Shown: positions 61,235 to 64,000 of the stretch, in pieces
Numbering within the stretch: position 1 is the stretch's first letter
How the letters are laid out: every line of letters begins with the position of its first letter
NCBI GenBank assembly: GCA_002839765.1
Contig: PGYR01000008.1
Coordinates: forward strand, 2,541 to 66,540
DNA length: 64,000 nucleotides
Direction: 5' to 3'
DNA from: Ignavibacteriae bacterium HGW-Ignavibacteriae-4
GTDB lineage: Bacteria; Bacteroidota; Ignavibacteria; Kapaibacteriales; UBA2268
The notes under the pieces: model-generated
What the model saw: the letters and a program-made list of their open reading frames with translations, nothing else
Told to the model about the DNA's origin: nothing
Databases searched by the model: none
Made by a program: the position numbers and the translations under genes

Positions 61235-62722
61235 CTAAAGAGCAGATTTAATGAATGAGAGCATACCACCGGGGTTAAGCCCTATTATTAATACTACCGC
61301 ACTAGTTACGAATATAAGTATTCTAGAAGCATTCCAAGGTAATGATTTACCCAATACATCTTCAGAATCTGTAAAGTACATTTTAACAATCAAACCAATG
61401 TAGAATACAACTGAGATGATAGATGAAACTACTGCTACTAATGCTAACCAAAGATGCCCTGTATTAATCACAGACATAAATAAGTAGTACTTACCGAAGA
61501 ATCCCGCCATAGGAGGAATACCAGCCAAAGAGAACATGAATATAGCCATAATAGCTGCAAGAGCAGGTTGTCTTTTGCTCAATCCAGCATAGTCATCATA
61601 TTCCAAATACTTGTCAGTATCTCTTTCTAAGAGCCCAACTATGATAAATGCACCAATCTGCATAAAAGTATATACAACCACGTAGAACATCAATGCAGAC
61701 CAACCAGCAGCAGTATTAGCTACAATACCCATTAGCATATATCCTGCATGAGCTACTGAAGAGTAAGCTAACATACGTTTTACGTTCTTCTGTACTAATG
61801 CTGTGATATTACCAACTAACATAGTAAGGGCTGATATAGCTGCAATTGCAGTTATTAGTTTGTCTGTGTTTATTGCTGATTCTAGTCCACTTGGGTCAAA
61901 GCCCATTGGGATAATTGTTTTCGCGATTATAATAAATGCAGATAATGCAGCAGCTTTACCAGCAGTACTCATGAAAGCTGTAACTACAGTCGGTGCTCCA
62001 GAGTAAACATCTGGTGCCCATTGGTGGAACGGGAACGCTGATGATTTGAAGCTAAGCCCCATTATCATAAGTGCCGCTCCAAACATTAAGTAAGCACTAT
62101 TTGCTGTTCCATTAACGATAGCTGCTGTAATTTCTGGGAAAAACATACTACCTGTACTTCCGTAAAGCATAGCCATACCATATACAAGGAACCCAGTAGA
62201 GAATGCACCAAGCAAGAAATACTTCAATGACGCTTCTACTGACAGTGCCGCAAATCTGAAATAACCTGCCATTATATAGAAAGTAATCGACATCAACTCA
62301 ATACCAATAAACAGCGTTAGCAAGTGGTTTGAGTGTGCCATTATCATCATACCAGCAAGGGCATAAAGTACTAGATTATAAAATTCGTTTAATTCAGTTT
62401 TAACAGAATCCAAATAATTACGTGCATTCAGTATTATAAGCAATGCTCCGACACAAAAAAGTAAATCGAAAAATGCAGAAAATCCACCGAATGTTAACAT
62501 ATTAGAAGTTATAAGATTAGCACCTTCAAGATTTATACCTGATATATTCAAGTAGAAATTGTTCAATGCAAATCCACCTACCGCAACTATACTTATTATA
62601 GATAGATAATAGCCACTGTTTTTGCTATTTGGATTTATTGCATCTACCAAAATTGATATAACTGACATTATGGCAACTATAATCAAAGGTAAAAGTAAAA
62701 TAAATTCTGAACTCATATTCAT
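61235..62722 (-). CDS. nuoN: NADH-quinone oxidoreductase subunit N
   Basis: EASLKYFLLG, FKSSAFPFHQWAPDVY, KRMLAYSS, SLAGIPP. Confidence 0.96.
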   Translation of the reverse strand: MNMSSEFILLLPLIIVAIMSVISILVDAINPNSKNSGYYLSIISIVAVGGFALNNFYLNISGINLEGANLITSNMLTFGGFSAFFDLLFCVGALLIILNARNYLDSVKTELNEFYNLVLYALAGMMIMAHSNHLLTLFIGIELMSITFYIMAGYFRFAALSVEASLKYFLLGAFSTGFLVYGMAMLYGSTGSMFFPEITAAIVNGTANSAYLMFGAALMIMGLSFKSSAFPFHQWAPDVYSGAPTVVTAFMSTAGKAAALSAFIIIAKTIIPMGFDPSGLESAINTDKLITAIAAISALTMLVGNITALVQKNVKRMLAYSSVAHAGYMLMGIVANTAAGWSALMFYVVVYTFMQIGAFIIVGLLERDTDKYLEYDDYAGLSKRQPALAAIMAIFMFSLAGIPPMAGFFGKYYLFMSVINTGHLWLALVAVVSSIISVVFYIGLIVKMYFTDSEDVLGKSLPWNASRILIFVTSAVVLIIGLNPGGMLSFIKSAL

Positions 62723-62745
62723 CTTTCCGTATTTAAAGTAATTTT

Positions 62746-64000
62746 CTAATTATTTTCTGTTAGTTCTTTTTTAGGTTCCATATTGATTGTGCCATTGTTG
62801 AGATCTAATTCAACTTGTTCAATCTTCTTTACTAATTGCTTAGTAGATGTTTCTGATTTACTCATAAATGTATTAGGATAAACTCCTAACCACACTATAA
62901 AGATAACCAAAGGAACTAACATAGCCCATTCTGTTTTGTTCAAATCAGATAGACCTTCATTTTCTTTGTTGCTCAATGCACCAAACATAATTCTACCGAA
63001 CATCCATAGTAAGTAACAAGCAGCGAAAATAACACCAGTTGTAGCTACTACTGCATACCATATATTATCTAATACTGTAGAAGTAAATGCCCCTAACAGT
63101 GTTAAGAACTCGCCGATAAACCCATTTAAACCAGGTAAACCTACAGACGCAAACATTGCGATCCCGAAGATTATTGTGTAAATTGGCATAACACGAGCTA
63201 AGCCACCAAACTCAGATATTTCTCTAGTGTGTCTTCTTTCATATATTATACCAACACAGATGAATAGAGCTCCTGTCGATAAACCGTGGTTTACCATTTG
63301 GATTATTGCACCTTGAATACCCGTTTCATTCATAGCAAATATACCTAAGACTACGAATCCTAAGTGAGCTACAGATGAATAAGCAATAATCTTTTTGACA
63401 TCTGTCTGTACTAGTGCAACTAATGCACCATATATAATACCAACTACTGCAAGGAAGGAAATAGGTCCAGCCCAATCAATAGATGATACCGGGAATAATT
63501 CTAAGTTGAATCTGATTAGACCATAAGTACCCATTTTAAGTAAAACACCAGCTAGTATAACTGAGCCGGGTGTTGGAGCCATCGTATGTGCATCTGGCAA
63601 CCATGTATGTAATGGGAATAATGGAACTTTAATCAAGAATGAAAGTGCAAATGCAAGGAATAACCAATTTTGTACATCTGGAGCTATTGCAGCACTGTGT
63701 TGTTTGATCAATAAGTAATCAGATGTGAAGCCAGTTGGTAATGATAATACATCGCCACCTATATGTAATCCTAACCAAACGATAGCTACTAACATAAATA
63801 GTGAACCAACGATTGTATAGACGAAGAACTTAACTGCTGCATATATTCTATCTTTACCACCCCATATACCTATAATAAAGTACATAGGAATTAGGATAAT
63901 TTCCCAGAATATATAGAATAAGAATAAGTCTAATGACAGAAACACGCCTAACATACCAAACTGCAACATAAGGAACATAAAGTAATATTCTTTATGTCTC
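62746..64000 (-). CDS. nuoM: NADH-quinone oxidoreductase subunit M (5' part beyond window)
   Basis: FYIFWE, KVPLFPLHTWLPDAH, LLKMGTYG, AYSSVAH, GLPGLNGFIGE. Confidence 0.96.
   Translation of the reverse strand, partial: RHKEYYFMFLMLQFGMLGVFLSLDLFLFYIFWEIILIPMYFIIGIWGGKDRIYAAVKFFVYTIVGSLFMLVAIVWLGLHIGGDVLSLPTGFTSDYLLIKQHSAAIAPDVQNWLFLAFALSFLIKVPLFPLHTWLPDAHTMAPTPGSVILAGVLLKMGTYGLIRFNLELFPVSSIDWAGPISFLAVVGIIYGALVALVQTDVKKIIAYSSVAHLGFVVLGIFAMNETGIQGAIIQMVNHGLSTGALFICVGIIYERRHTREISEFGGLARVMPIYTIIFGIAMFASVGLPGLNGFIGEFLTLLGAFTSTVLDNIWYAVVATTGVIFAACYLLWMFGRIMFGALSNKENEGLSDLNKTEWAMLVPLVIFIVWLGVYPNTFMSKSETSTKQLVKKIEQVELDLNNGTINMEPKKELTENN

Noticed and set aside
1445-62006. Many 60-190 aa antisense ORFs in the track (e.g. 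1445-1978, 13543-14124, 50092-50505)
   Set aside because: Shadows of well-supported genes on the opposite strand, with no recognisable motifs

Overview
AT-rich bacterial chromosome segment from the FCB group, most likely Candidatus Kapabacteria or Ignavibacteria-like. This is inferred from several T9SS C-terminal sorting domains, the LpxC-FabZ fusion, TAnnTTTG promoters and a barrel + double-OmpA protein. Most of the window is housekeeping: prfB with its +1 frameshift, clpC, glmS, ispH-cmk-HAD-ssb, lpxA, lpxC/fabZ, trmB, mlaE, apaG, fhs, maeB, nuoMN and initiator tRNA-Met. It also carries an RDD-SpoIIM-DUF4129-DUF4350-MoxR-DUF58 cluster and several T9SS cargo proteins. Accessory content includes an orphan RHS toxin module at the left edge that the ORF track missed. 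An integrase-free islet between clpC and glmS holds a Shedu-type nuclease tightly coupled to a DUF4209/HEPN-like protein (the best candidate for an undescribed defence system), a decayed PIN toxin-antitoxin pair and an orphan UmuD-like gene. Non-coding signals include mosaics of REP-like palindromes, a MITE-like element, two recurrent ECF-sigma-like promoter motifs and accessory genes bracketed by duplicated terminator arms. All family assignments come from recognising motifs by eye; no database searches were run.
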